From Octopus sinensis (taxonomy: Eukaryota), in the NCBI RefSeq assembly GCF_006345805.1, contig NC_043010.1, forward strand, positions 20,274,001 to 20,338,000: a stretch of DNA of 64,000 nucleotides. The letters run 5' to 3'. Each line of letters opens with the position of its first letter. Positions within the stretch are counted from its first letter, which is position 1. The translations under genes and the position numbers were made by a program. A model generated the notes under the pieces. That model saw only the letters and a list, made by a program, of their open reading frames with translations, searched no databases and was not told the DNA's origin. Shown here piece by piece: positions 51,746 through 64,000 of this stretch.

Positions 51746-53691
51746 TATATATATATATATGTATGTATGTATGTATGTATTATTATATATATATGTGTGT
51801 GAATATATATATATATATATATTTGAAATCTAAAAGTCTTCTATTGAAGAATAAAGCTGATGTTCCAAAGAAGAGATGCTCTTAAGCAGAATTGAAGTAA
51901 CAATGTGAGATGATGTCTCCTTAATCGTCAGTGGATGGAATTCCGTAATTCTCTGGTTTGGTTTTTCTCCGATAAAACGGGACAAGAGCATCTGTAGTCG
52001 AAGTGAAGAAATGAAGTATGGATTTCCCAACAATGCAAACGGTGGGACAATAATAAATGCAGTGGTGGTCATGTCTGTGAGTCCTGTTTCGAAAATAAAA
52101 AACAATATCTGGACTGCAGTCAGTCTGATTTAACTAGCAGAAGACAAAAACCTAGAACGTTCAGATGTAAGTTGCTTTAAAATAAATCAGTGGAAATATT
52201 TTCTATTTTTGGCAAAAATGACATGGAATGAGTTTAGAACTGGATCTATGATATTCCTTTTGGTCATTTTCTGTTATTTCTTATTGTGTTATTGACCAGT
52301 AATTGCAGAAGAAAAGAGAGAATGGTTCACAGGTAAGACACAGACATTTAAATGAAAAATCCAAGGTGAGGATGAAAAGAAAATAGTGTTCTTAGCTCAG
52401 AGTGAAAATAAGATGATTGCAGCGCAGTCAGGATGTGCATACATGCATGCACATATGTGTGTGAGTGGCTGTGTGTGTAACTGATTTGTTAAGATGTGTG
52501 CATAATGGTGGTGCAAGGCAATTATGGCAAGGAGAGAAATGAAAAGTTGCATACGTTGTTACAGACCAAATTCTATCCAAACACTTGGGTTTCAAAAATA
52601 TTTTTCAAAGCAAGGAACAATATTCTTGTGCTGAGAGAAGAAGGAGATGCTAAAACGGTCTTCAGTCAACGAGTGCTACAAAGAATGTCTTGAAGCATAA
52701 ACCGTATGTAAATGTCATTAGGTAAATATTTTTGTAACTGAAAGCTGGAGTAAAAGTTCTTGGAATAAGACTCTGCAGGTGATTCCTTTACCGAAGTTTA
52801 ATCTTTCACTTACAACAACCTCAATTTCTGCTCTATTTAAATATGGTAAAAACAGACTGTTTCACTGTGTCACACACACACACGTGTACTCACAAACATA
52901 CACATATATCTATACGCAAACATATACACACACATTTACTAGCACATGTTCACGCATACATACACATGTACACACACACATACACTCACACACACACATG
53001 TATAATCACAGATACAGACATACACATCTACATACTCACATGTAAACATATACATACACATACTCACATACCTACACAAAACACATACCCGCCTCATATA
53101 CACACCTACACACATACACACACATACACTTACAATCATACCTACACACATACTCATACACACACCCATATATACATTTCTATACACACCTAAATGCACA
53201 CACACATGTACACACAGGCATCCCCACACATACACACACCTACACGCATGCACACACACACACCTACATACACAGACACACGCACACTCACACCCACAAC
53301 TTCCTTACATACAAACAAACAACCTTTTTACATAATTCATTCCTCTTTAACAAAAATAATGGAAAAAAAAGTTCCAACAACAACAACAACAACAACAAAA
53401 ACCAAACAGTCGTAACATGTTTGAAAGTTCAGCTTTATTAACATACACGAAGAGTAAACAGAGATATTCCACTAACCTGTTGAGTTTTGTGTAGAAATGT
53501 AGAACTGGCACCAGGTAATTGATTAAAAGCGTTAAGTTGTGGGATTTAAAGCCACACACACATTAACTTTCTCACACACTCTCATTAACACTCACCTTCA
53601 CATACACATACATTTACATACACATAGATATATATAAACGTCATCTAACCCATGCAAGCATGGAAAAGCAGATGATAGAATTAAGATGATA

Positions 53692-55610
53692 TATATATAT
53701 AAATTAGAAAAAAACACTTTTTATCAATTCAAAATGAACAATTAAATTACACCATCTAGAAAATTACATATAATAGAAATATTGAAATTAAAATATTAAA
53801 ATTAAAATATTGGGATTAATATTTAGCTGTTGGTAATATTATTGAATTATTAATAGGAGTCTGTTAGTTGTAGTTGGGTGTCTTCATGGCAGTTTCTCCA
53901 TAAGTTGTGTTTTTTTTTCCTCATCTTTCTTTAGTTCATGAGGCTTAAATATTTTTTTGTTTTTTTCATATTTTTCATTGATAAAAAGATTTGCCATTTT
54001 CATTGAGAATTTATTCTATTTCTTTGCATTATGTCTTCATGCGTTAATTTTTATAAACGCTATTAACTATTTTTACGTTTAAAATTCAGTTAAAATTTTC
54101 CTTCGCCAAGTTAAGTTACATTTTACATTTTATTGTTTATCTATTTCATTTGGATTTGGAATCATTTTGGGTTTGAAATTATTATTATTATTGTTGTTGA
54201 AATATTATTATTTATTTATAGTTTGTTGATAGTTATTTTTTATGATCTTTATTAGTTATGATATCTATTAATTTTTATAAAGGGATTTAATGTATTACAT
54301 ATAATTTAATTTGAGAATTAGTTTCATTAGACTATACATTTTTTAATAATTAGGTAATATTTTTATTAAGCAATATTACATTTAAGTAAATTAGCTTTTA
54401 TTTTAATTAATATTATGTTTAACTTTATTATCGTGTGAAATATTAAATCTATAGATATTACACATAGATATTAATAATATAGTTAGTTTATACAATGGAT
54501 TTGTGTATATTTGAACTATTTCCTATTTTTGATTGTATTATTCATGACAAGTGATATTTTTATACATTTAAAATCCAGATAGATTAATTTAATCGTTGAA
54601 TTTTGTTATATAGTTTGTTTATCAATATTATTTGGATTTTGTATTATTTTGAGTTTGATCGTTGTTATTACTATAATTGTAATTGACTGGATTTGTAGAG
54701 GACTGTCGGTTGTAGTTGAATATCTTCATAGTGTATTGTTCATTTGTTCTAATATTTTTGCACCTTTCTTTAATTTATGGGGCTTAAATGTTTCTTACTT
54801 TCCATTAGTAAATAATTTTCACCATTTTTATATATATAGATAGTTATAAGTTACGATAGATATTAATTATTATATCTATTTATTTAGATTTTTTTTATAA
54901 AGGGATCTAACGTATTACATTTAATTTAATTTGAGAATTAATTGTGTTAGACAATATATGATTTAATTATTAGGTGGTATATTTATTAGGTGGTATATTT
55001 ATTAAGTAGTATTAAATTTAAGATAATTAGGTATTATATTAATTGATATTTAGTCAACTATATTATAGAGTGATATATTAAATCTATAGATACTACACAT
55101 ATATATTAATTATATATTTTGCTTATTTAATGAGTTTGTCTATATTTGAACCATTTCTTATTTTGATTACAATATTAATGGTTTGTACTAGCATTGTGTA
55201 TATTAATTTATTTTAAAGTATTGAATAATTTAAGTATTGTTTTTAGTTTTCACTTAATGTATATTTAGTATCTTATATATATATATATTAAAGTATATTT
55301 ATTAATTAATTATTTTATTATTCTAGTTTATTTTTAACCTGATGAGTGGCTATATTTATATTGAAGTGATTTTACTACTACTATTAATTTTGTTAATATA
55401 ATAATTTCTTAAATATAGCCACGAAACACGTGTCATTATTCTACCAAATATATACGTTTTTATTATTATTTTGCAATTTACTTAATCATCGGTATATTAT
55501 TGTTATTTTAATTTTAATATTTCTATTATATGTAATTTTCTAGATGGTTTAATTTAATTGTTAATTTTGAATTGATAAAAGGTGTTTTTTTTCTAATTTT
55601 TATATATATA
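53692..55610. mobile_element. AT-rich element bounded by about 105-bp inverted repeats, with an internal about 300-bp direct duplication and a hammerhead motif (possibly Penelope-like)
   Basis: 53692-53800 is the inverted counterpart of about 55505-55610; about 54250-54540 resembles about 54890-55170. Confidence 0.55.
55335..55438 (+). ncRNA. Hammerhead-ribozyme-like motif with complete catalytic core
   Basis: CTGATGA (55339-45); perfect 12-bp stem II GTGGCTATATTT/AAATATAGCCAC; GAAA (55423-26); C-ACGT-G; GUC site at 55432-34. Confidence 0.7.
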
Positions 55611-55693
55611 TATTATATTTTGTGAAATTTGATTTAGTATTTCTAAATTGAACTTTTCCCTGTAAGTTAGGAATAATATTCCCTCAAATAATG

Positions 55694-55724
<31 letters not shown>

Positions 55725-55829
55725 TAAATTAAATATGCAACCAAAAGAGCTACGAATAGTTTCATGCTATCAAGATACTTGAACAGGCATATTTATAGAA
55801 TATGCCATATAGCTTAAAACAATCTTTCA

Positions 55830-56457
55830 AGCTCTGTTTATGCTGAACGGCTGCTGTCACATGTGAGACGAATTTGGTTGTCAGCTGAGTCTATTGTGAA
55901 AATTGCTCTGTCACCTTCCCTCAACCGGGAAGGCAAAGCAGTCTTCGTCATACTGGTGGCCATGGTGAAAGAATGTGTGTGGTGGACTTGAGTGAAAGGA
56001 TTAGAGACAAACACCTTCCTCTCTGGCCAATTGCTCATCAACTTTTTCAAGTACCACTTGAAAAGGAAGGTGAGAATAGAGAGGCAGGTTTTGTCTCGTG
56101 AAAGTTTCAATAAAAGGTGGGTAAATGGAGCAAAGAGTGACGAAACCACTTTGAGCACAATCCTGTAAATCGAAAAGAGAGAGAGAGCACTTTGCTCTCA
56201 TGTGTTTATTCTCTCCCTGCCTGATGATACCATGGTCTTTTCCGTAGGCTTTTCTTTCTATGAATAAACCTAATCTTGCTTTTTATACTTAAAAAATTTT
56301 TCTGTGATACATGATCCCTTTTGATCACCTTCTATTTTTTTCTCCTGATCCCTTTTGATCGAAATTTTATTTTCCTTTTTTTTTTACCAAAAGAAAAGCT
56401 CTACATTGTATTTTGTCCCCTCTGTGTTCGGCCCGTGTGGCTAATAAAAAAAAAAAA
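55830..56457 (+). mobile_element. 5'-truncated Tx1/L1-clade LINE (ORF2 C-terminus, 3' UTR, poly-A)
   Basis: AERLLSHV..AVFVILVAMVKECVWWT*VKGL..LINFFKYHLKRKVRIERQVLS..FNKRWV, ending GTGTGGCTAATAAAAAAAA. The family call is from recalled motif resemblance. Confidence 0.75.
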
Positions 56458-56767
56458 CTTATCTATTTAGCTGTCTGTCTATCTATCTATCTATCTATAT
56501 GTTGTTACACTGCACATGGTCTCCCGAAACCGTCTACAATACAACAGTCTGTGTCCGATAGCTCAGAAGACCGAATAAGCGAAGCTCAGCAAACCAACTT
56601 GCTTAGAGTGGAAGAAGCCATAGTCAAAGAAGCCAGGAGAGTTTGAAAATAACAAGCAAAACCGTTGAATATAACCAAAATACAAGAACTTTAATTAAGA
56701 GGCCAACAGCATTTATGGAATAAATAAAGAGTTCTTTATAGAGTTTTTAGAGAGTTCTTTCATTTAC

Positions 56768-57280
56768 CTCAGAAATGTGTACTTTTTTTGGTGAGCTCTT
56801 CTTTTATTCACCAGTCAAATGATTTATTTTCTATCTCTTTTTTCCTGACTGGACTCTGTCGTTACTTCCAAATTCACAGTACCATTCTGCATTCTTTAAG
56901 TTGCCAAGTTCACACTATTTTTGCAGCAAGTTCAAAACCCTCAACCTTACAAAGACAGCAACATCACACTCTATACCAAGTACTGTGTCATCTGTTCCAT
57001 ACGAAATTGCCTGGCACCATCGCTCATATCGACCTCGTGGCACTGGCTACATCAAAGTCGTACATTGTCTTCCAGTCCGAACTTCGAACCACCTGTTCAC
57101 ATTGGCTTCCAGTACAAACTAACTTGCCACATGGGCAAATAGCTTTTATACTTTGCGTTCACTATAAAAGCACACCAAAATCACACCACCTACGCTTTAA
57201 ATATTCACATGACCACAAAAAATTACATTTTTCGTCTTTGCTTGCAAAACCAGAAAGCGGTGTTCTAATTCGCGTTGTAT
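56768..57280 (-). promoter_or_regulatory. Candidate non-coding first exon / promoter region of the minus-strand gene
   Basis: Unique, CpG-richer sequence with a donor GAG|GTAAAT at 56768. A TGA just before the donor is in the exon-A frame, so it would be 5' UTR. Upstream boundary unknown. Confidence 0.3.
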
Positions 57281-58179
57281 GAATGAGAAATTATCTGAAT
57301 GTAATTTTCTTCATTCGTAACAGTATATATCATCATCATCATCGTTTAACGTTCGTTTTCCGTGCTAGCATGGGTTGGACAGTTCGACCGGGGCCTGGGA
57401 AGCCAGGAGGCTGCACCAGGCTCCAGTCTGATCTGGTAGTGTTTCTACAGCTGGATGCCCTTCCTAATGCCAACCACTCCGTGAGTGTAGTGGGTGCTTT
57501 TTACGTGCCACTGGCATAGGTGCCAGGGGAGGCTGGCAGCAGCCTGCAGAGGCTGGCATACATATATATACGTACACACACATATGTACATACATGCATA
57601 TATATTAGGTGCATGCTATTCTAAAAACAAAGCAGGCAACTGAATGAGGGCACATACATCATGTAGGTACCCTCTTTCCACCTGTCTCCCATAAATATGA
57701 CAAATTTATATTAAATCTAATTTGTTATTTGCATTCATTTCTCTATGTTATGCATACACTACATGCTTGACATTCGGGTAGGAAACACTGCACACACACA
57801 CACACACACATACAAGCACATGTGTGTGTGTGTGTGTATGAATGTGTCTGTGTGTGTACTATATATGTTTGCAGTTGTATTGACGGCAAATCATTAACTC
57901 AGAGAATTCTGTTAAATAATGGGAATTCTTCTGTAGAAATGGTTGTCATTTTATATGTTTCCTAAGGTTAGTAATTATGAACGAAAGAGAAAAAGAAAAA
58001 AAGTGTCTTTGTTTCAGAACGTATTACAGGTAACGTATGAGTACGGCATCAAATTACGGTTTAATTCTTGGTGAAATATGCTTGAATGCAATCAAGTAAC
58101 TCGAAGGAGGTTTAACATTTGTATGCTAAAATATTTGTGGGAGGTAAGAGGAGACAGAACACACACACACACACAGACA

Positions 58180-58223
<44 letters not shown>

Positions 58224-59084
58224 ACACATACACATACAAAAAATATGAAACAAAAAACAATTAAAATATATAAATTAACTTTGTTAATTACAAATATCTC
58301 TCTGATACTTCTTAGTTTTTATGTTTATATCAAAAGACATATAGAAAAATAATAATTATTTTGAAAAGTGCTGTTTATATGGATATGTGTGTATATATGT
58401 ATGTATGTTAATTCCTTTTATTTCAAGATTTCTTGCCAATAGAGAAAGAGCTGGTTTCTAACCTAGATCCAAGGCTCCTTCATTCGAATTTCAACATCAA
58501 CAGCAGGGTATTTTTGTTTGATTGTATGTATGTATGTATGTATGTATGTATGTATGTATGTATGCATGTGTGTGTGTGTGTGTGTGTATGTATGTGCAGA
58601 TTTATATGTTTTATGTATATACTCTCATGCATATAGTTGCATATCTAGACATGATCATATATATTTAAATGAGAAACTACTGGAAAGTTTTACAGATTTT
58701 TACAGTTCCAGCGATGGATTGGATCCATAGTCTTCAAATTAGCTTTGTATGTATGTATGTATGTATGTATGTATGTATGTATGTATGTACAAATGCATGT
58801 GTATATATGTATGTGTGTGTATGTATGTATGTATTCATGCATGCATGTGTGTATGTATGTACAAATGTATGTGTGTATATATGTATGTAAGTGTGTGTGT
58901 ATGTATGTATGTATTCATGCATGCATGTATGTATGTATGTGCGCATGTGTGTACGTGTATGTATGCTCCCTCATTGATGAAATATCCAACTTAAAAAAGA
59001 CCCCAGATGACCTTTCCTGCTTTTCAACAAAGTGTGATGTCTCAGAGAGGCCTGAAAAAGGAAGCAAAGTGAGGTGTCTATAAT

Positions 59085-59845
59085 GCTGCATTCTTACAGG
59101 CCTTCTTTCCTCCTGTGAGACCCAAGTGATTTACAGGAAGCATTTAAAACTACTAGAGCACTTCCACCTGCATTGACTGAGACCACTCTCGGACATACAC
59201 TGCCTTTGCTGGGCAGGTCTCCTGCTGGATGGTAGTCGTATCCCTTAGGTGATGCTCTATGGAAAGATGCCTGAAAGAAAAAGGTGTCTGCAAAATTCTA
59301 AAAGGCATTTCAAGGACTCACCATTGCACTTTAGTCTTGACCTTCACAACTGGGAAGTACAGGATGCTGACAGAAACAAAGGGAGCAAGCAAATATACGA
59401 AGGATGTCACATGTTCCATGCAAAGTCAATAAGTTGGGCAAAGGCCCAAAAAGCTGCCCGTAAGGAAAAGGGTCTGGGATTAGCCATTCTTCAGTTTGTT
59501 TGTTGTGAGTGCAGCTGAATATTCTTGGCAAACACAGAAATCCAAAGCCATCTCAGGAGCCACAAGGAACCAAAGACAACTTGCCAACAGATTATGCTCA
59601 ATTTGGTATTGCAGACCTGTTTATCTGTGATGTATGTGGCAAAGTCTGCGGAGGTACTCTGGACTCCTGAGATATTTGAGAACCCAGAATGGTCCTTCAC
59701 CTGAGAGGCGTAACCATCAGGCTCACAACATGGATTTCATTTGCTGTCTTTGTGGCAAACTCAAGTAAATCTCTTGTTGAATCAGTTTTAAGTCAACAGC
59801 ATCAGCAATGGTTATTCTTGTCAAATGAGCAGACAGCCATCATGC
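59085..59845 (+). mobile_element. Decayed RTE-BovB-like LINE 3' region with two C2H2-like motifs
   Basis: CET..IYRKHLKLLEHFHL..MLYGK..KRHFKD..FVCCECS..SHLRSH..FICDVCGKVC; tail GACAGCCATCAT. Confidence 0.7.
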
Positions 59846-60464
59846 AGGTATGTATCTATGTATGTATATGTATAAAGGCAGCGAGCTGGCAGACACGTTA
59901 GCGTGCCAGGCGAAATGCTTAGCGGTATTTCGTCTGTCGTTACGTTCTGAGTTCAAATTCCGCCAAGGTCGACTTTGCCTTTCATCCTTTTGTGGTCGAT
60001 AAATAAAGTACCAGTTTCGCACTGGGGTCGATGTAATCGACTTAATCCCTTTGTCTGTCCTTGTTTGTCCCCTCTATGTTTAGCTCCTTGTGGATAGTAA
60101 AGAAATATATATGTATATACATACATAGTTACATACATGTATGTATGTCTGTGTCTATGGACATATGTATATATGTATATGTGTATGTATGTAAGTGTAT
60201 GTATGCGTGTGTGTATATATGTACTGTCCTACCAATGTCAGCATGGAAGGCAGACGTTAAACAACAGTAATGATGGTGATGATGATGATATATAATGCAT
60301 GTATGTATATACGTAAATGTATGTGTGTGTGAGTGTGTGAGTGTTTATATGCCTGGATCAGCTACTTATTGTGAGCAATTACTATTATTAGTCAACAAAC
60401 ATTATCAAAGCAAATTGTCAACAAGGAAAAGTCTTATCACCGAGAAAAGAACAAATATTGACAA

Positions 60465-60900
60465 ATGGATTATGTACATATGTGTGTATGGGTGTGAGTG
60501 CATGTATGTATGTATGTATGTATGTATGTATGTGTGTGTGTGTATGTATGTATGTATGTACATATGTGTGTATGAGTGTGAGTGCATGTATGTATGTATG
60601 TGCATGTGCATGTATGTATGTACGTATGTGTGTATGGGTGTGAGTGCATGTATGTATGTATGTATGTATGTGCGTGTGTATGTATGCATTATGTACATAT
60701 GTGTGTATGGGTGTGAGTGCATGTATGTATGTGCGTGTGCATGTATGTATGTATGTACATATGTGTGTATGGGCGTGAGTGCATGTATGTATGTATGTGC
60801 GTGTGTATGTATGTATTTATGTATGAATGAATGTATGTATGTATATATGAATGAATGTATGTATGTATTTATCTATTTATATGTATGTGTGTGTGTATAT
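60465..60900. repeat. Higher-order compound microsatellite
   Basis: TGTGTATG(G/A)GYGTGAGTGCATGTATG recurs five times among (TATG)n. Confidence 0.85.
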
Positions 60901-61825
60901 ATACACAGGAATGCACACACATGCACACACCAATATATATAAACATCACTGATGATCACTATACATCCCAGTGAACACTATACACACACATGTTTGTGTG
61001 TGTATGCATGTATATATATATATTTATATGTATATATTTATATATAGAAACTTATATTTATATACATGCATAAACATGCATACATACATATACAAATATA
61101 TATGGATAACTGTCACTATATATATGTGTGTGTGTGTGTATGTATATACATACATGCATGTATATATAAATTTACATGGAAAACTGTCACTATACTCTCT
61201 TTTACTCTTTACTCTTTTACTTGTTTCAGTCATTTGACTGTGGCCATGCTGGAGGACCGCCTTTAGTTGAGCAAATCGACCCCAGGACTTATTCTTTGTA
61301 AGCCTAGTACTTATTCTATTGGTCTCTTTTTTGCTGAACCGCTAAGTTATGGGGATGTAAACACACACGCACACACACACATATAAGACGGGCTTCTTTC
61401 AATTTCCGTCTACCAAATCCACTCTCATGGCTTTGGTCAGCCCGAGGCTATAGTAGAAGACACTTGCCGAAGGTGCCACACAGTGGGACTGAACCCAGAA
61501 CCATGTGGTTGGTAAGCAAGCTACTTACCACAGACACTCCTGCGCCTATATATATATATACACACACACACACACATTGTCTGTTTAATTAAAAAATTCT
61601 ATATGTGGCTGAAGATTGCTCGACATTTTAAAACTTTAAAACTGATGTAGTATGAAACAATTGCACTACACTACCTTGGATATCCTTGTTGCTTATTTTG
61701 CTTATATATCATCATCATCATCGTTTAACGTCCGTTCTCCATGCTAGCATGGGTTGGACGGTTCGACCGGGGATCTGGGAAGCCAGAAGGCTGCACCAGG
61801 CTCCAGTCTTATCTGGCAATGTTTC

Positions 61826-61917
<92 letters not shown>

Positions 61918-62159
61918 CATATATATATATGTATATATACATATATATGTATCTAACTTAATGAATGAAACAACTATTGTGTGTGGTGTATCTACTTTCG
62001 TATGTAAAGAAAAGCGTTTAAACAAACACGTCCATGAAGATATTTGCACTGTTTCTGTTACTCATTGTATACAGACATAAGTTTGCCCACTTATCAACTC
62101 AGGTGCTTTAGGTGACAATCATTGTAAACACAGCTCTTCTACAGTGTTGTCTAGTTTTG

Positions 62160-62452
62160 TGGACCACCACCACCACCACCGCCATCATCATCACCACTGC
62201 GCTGCCACCACCACTGCCACTGCTGCCGTTGCCACCACAGCCACCACCAATACCGCTGTCACCACCGCTACCACTGCCACAATCACCACCACCAGCACCA
62301 CCAGCACCACCACCACCATTGCCGCTGCTACCACCACTGCCGCTGCCGTCGCTACCGCCACAACTGCTGCCATGGCTGCCATCAATGCTGCCACCACCAC
62401 CAACACTGCCATCACTACTGCCATCACCACCACCACCACCACTATTACCATT
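62160..62452. repeat. (CAC/GCT/ACC)n triplet low-complexity tract
   Basis: Directly visible; source of the Pro/Gly/Thr/Ala-rich ORFs. Confidence 0.95.
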
Positions 62453-62454
62453 AT

Positions 62455-63379
62455 TTAACATCCATCTTCCATGCTGGCATGGGTTGGACTGTTTGAGGAG
62501 ATCTGATCGGTTGGAGCAGAGAACTTGTTATGCCGCAATGTCCTGCCTTGGCATGGTTTCTATGAGTGTAGTGGGTGCTTTTTATGTGCCAGGAGAGGCT
62601 GGCAGCGGCCATGATCAGTTGGTACTTTTTACGTGCCACTGGCACGGAAGCCAGTCAAGGTGGTGCTGGCATCAGCCACATTCGGATGGTGCTTTTTATG
62701 TGCCACCAGCACAGGTATCACAACTACAATTTCCATTTGATTTTTATTTTGATGCTGATGTACTTGACTCAATAGGTCACCTCAAGTACAGCAGGTCGCC
62801 CTATGATCCAAGGTAAGCACAGCAGGCTGTTCTGAGATCCAAGGTACTTTGGATGGGCTGGGGCTTCTATGTGAAGCTGGTGCAGGAAACAGCCATGAAC
62901 TCACGTTATTTGTCGGGTCTTCACAGTCACAGCATACCTCCAGAGATCTCGGTCTTTCGTCATTGCCTCTGTGAGGCCCAACGTTTGATGGTCATGCTTG
63001 ACCACCTCATCCCATGTCTTCCTGGATCTACCTCTATCCCAGATTCCTTCAACTGTTTGGGAGTGGCACTTCTTCACATATCTCTCGTCATCCATCCATA
63101 GTACATGACCATACCAGCGCAAACGTCTCTCTTGCATGCCACATCAGATGCTTATGTCCAGCATTTCTCTCAGGGCACTTACACTCTGTCGTGTGTGCAC
63201 ACTGACATTACACATCCAGTGGATCATGCTAGCTTCATTTCTTTCAAGCCTACACATGTCCTCTGCAGGCACAGCCCATGTTTCACTACTGTGAAGCATG
63301 GCAGTTCGCACACATGCATCGTACAATCTACCTTTCACTCTGAGTGAGAGACCCTTTGTCACTAGCAGAGGTAGAAGCT

Positions 63380-63380
<1 letters not shown>
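62455..63380 (-). mobile_element. 5'-truncated RTE LINE
   Basis: [56 protein letters not shown] plus the family 3' UTR. Confidence 0.9.
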
Positions 63381-63424
<44 letters not shown>

Positions 63425-63462
63425 TGTGTGTGTGTGTGTGTGTATGCATGTCTGCATATATA

Positions 63463-63509
<47 letters not shown>

Positions 63510-64000
63510 TGTGTGTGTTTGTCTCTTTGTCTTTGACATTGCATGATAGCTGTACACAAGTGCCACCATTATGCCAACAACATCCTTCATTTCCAATGTT
63601 CTGGGGAAAGACGTCTGGTCATGGAGTAATACAAACTTACATGGAAACAGACGATGGTTAGCAACAGGAAGAGCATCCAGCCATAGAAAATCCACCTCAG
63701 CAAATACTGTCCAACCCATGCTGGCATGGAAAAGCGAATGTTAAAACAATGGCAATGATGATGGCGACATTGTAAACAAAACACGACTTCATTATTGGAA
63801 CTCAATAAAACTGAAAGGTTTTGGTTGCACAGAGAAAGAAAAAAAAATCTTTCAATTTATTGACATAGTTTCCATAATTGAATGGCTTTGTTTGACCAGT
63901 TGAAGCTTGTTAATAAAATTGGTAATCAGATAACAACAGTAACCTAATTTTTGTTGTTATTATAGAAATTTCATCTACTTGAGAGCCAGTGTTTTACTTT

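Noticed and set aside
51830-52105. 91-aa minus ORF just upstream of exon A
   Set aside because: No convincing donor giving phase 1 and no recognisable protein pattern; it cannot be excluded as UTR.
53800-55300. Mitochondrial insertion (NUMT)
   Set aside because: AT-richness and strand skew are suggestive, but I recognised no mitochondrial gene, rRNA or tRNA motif.
55838-56158. 106-aa minus-strand ORF as an upstream exon of the host gene
   Set aside because: The opposite strand matches a LINE ORF2 C-terminus followed by a 3' UTR and poly-A.
56221-56260. Other CTGATGA heptamers (about 1375, 8027, 47015 minus, 56221, 60949)
   Set aside because: No complementary stem II followed by GAAA and a cleavage triplet, so they are not hammerheads.
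62108-62816. 234-aa proline-rich ORF and overlapping Gly/Thr/Ala-rich ORFs
   Set aside because: A triplet low-complexity tract fused to an antisense RTE tail; no splice support.

Overview
Eukaryotic, AT-rich, microsatellite-saturated DNA. The repeat families point to a coleoid cephalopod, probably Octopus (inference). Almost every ORF in the supplied track is an artefact of simple repeats or a transposon relic. The window is mostly intronic sequence of one minus-strand protein-coding gene. Four coding exons (50891-51208, 24875-25005, 21312-21392, 3856-3954) have canonical GT-AG sites and matching phases. They join into one stop-free ~209-codon helical, ARM-repeat-like peptide that continues beyond the left edge. 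The introns hold RTE, Tx1/L1 and RLE-type LINE fragments, several tRNA-derived SINE families, Tc1/mariner relics, hAT- and piggyBac-like MITEs, an internally deleted Helitron, long foldback repeats and minisatellites. The most notable observations are five hammerhead-ribozyme-like motifs (type I, Penelope/retrozyme style), a SINE whose 3' tail matches the Tx1-type LINE tail in the same window, and a near-perfect 236-bp inverted repeat. There is no CRISPR, rRNA or bona fide tRNA gene. All alignments were done by eye, and repeat boundaries are approximate unless end motifs are quoted. I cannot show that any of this is a previously undescribed system.
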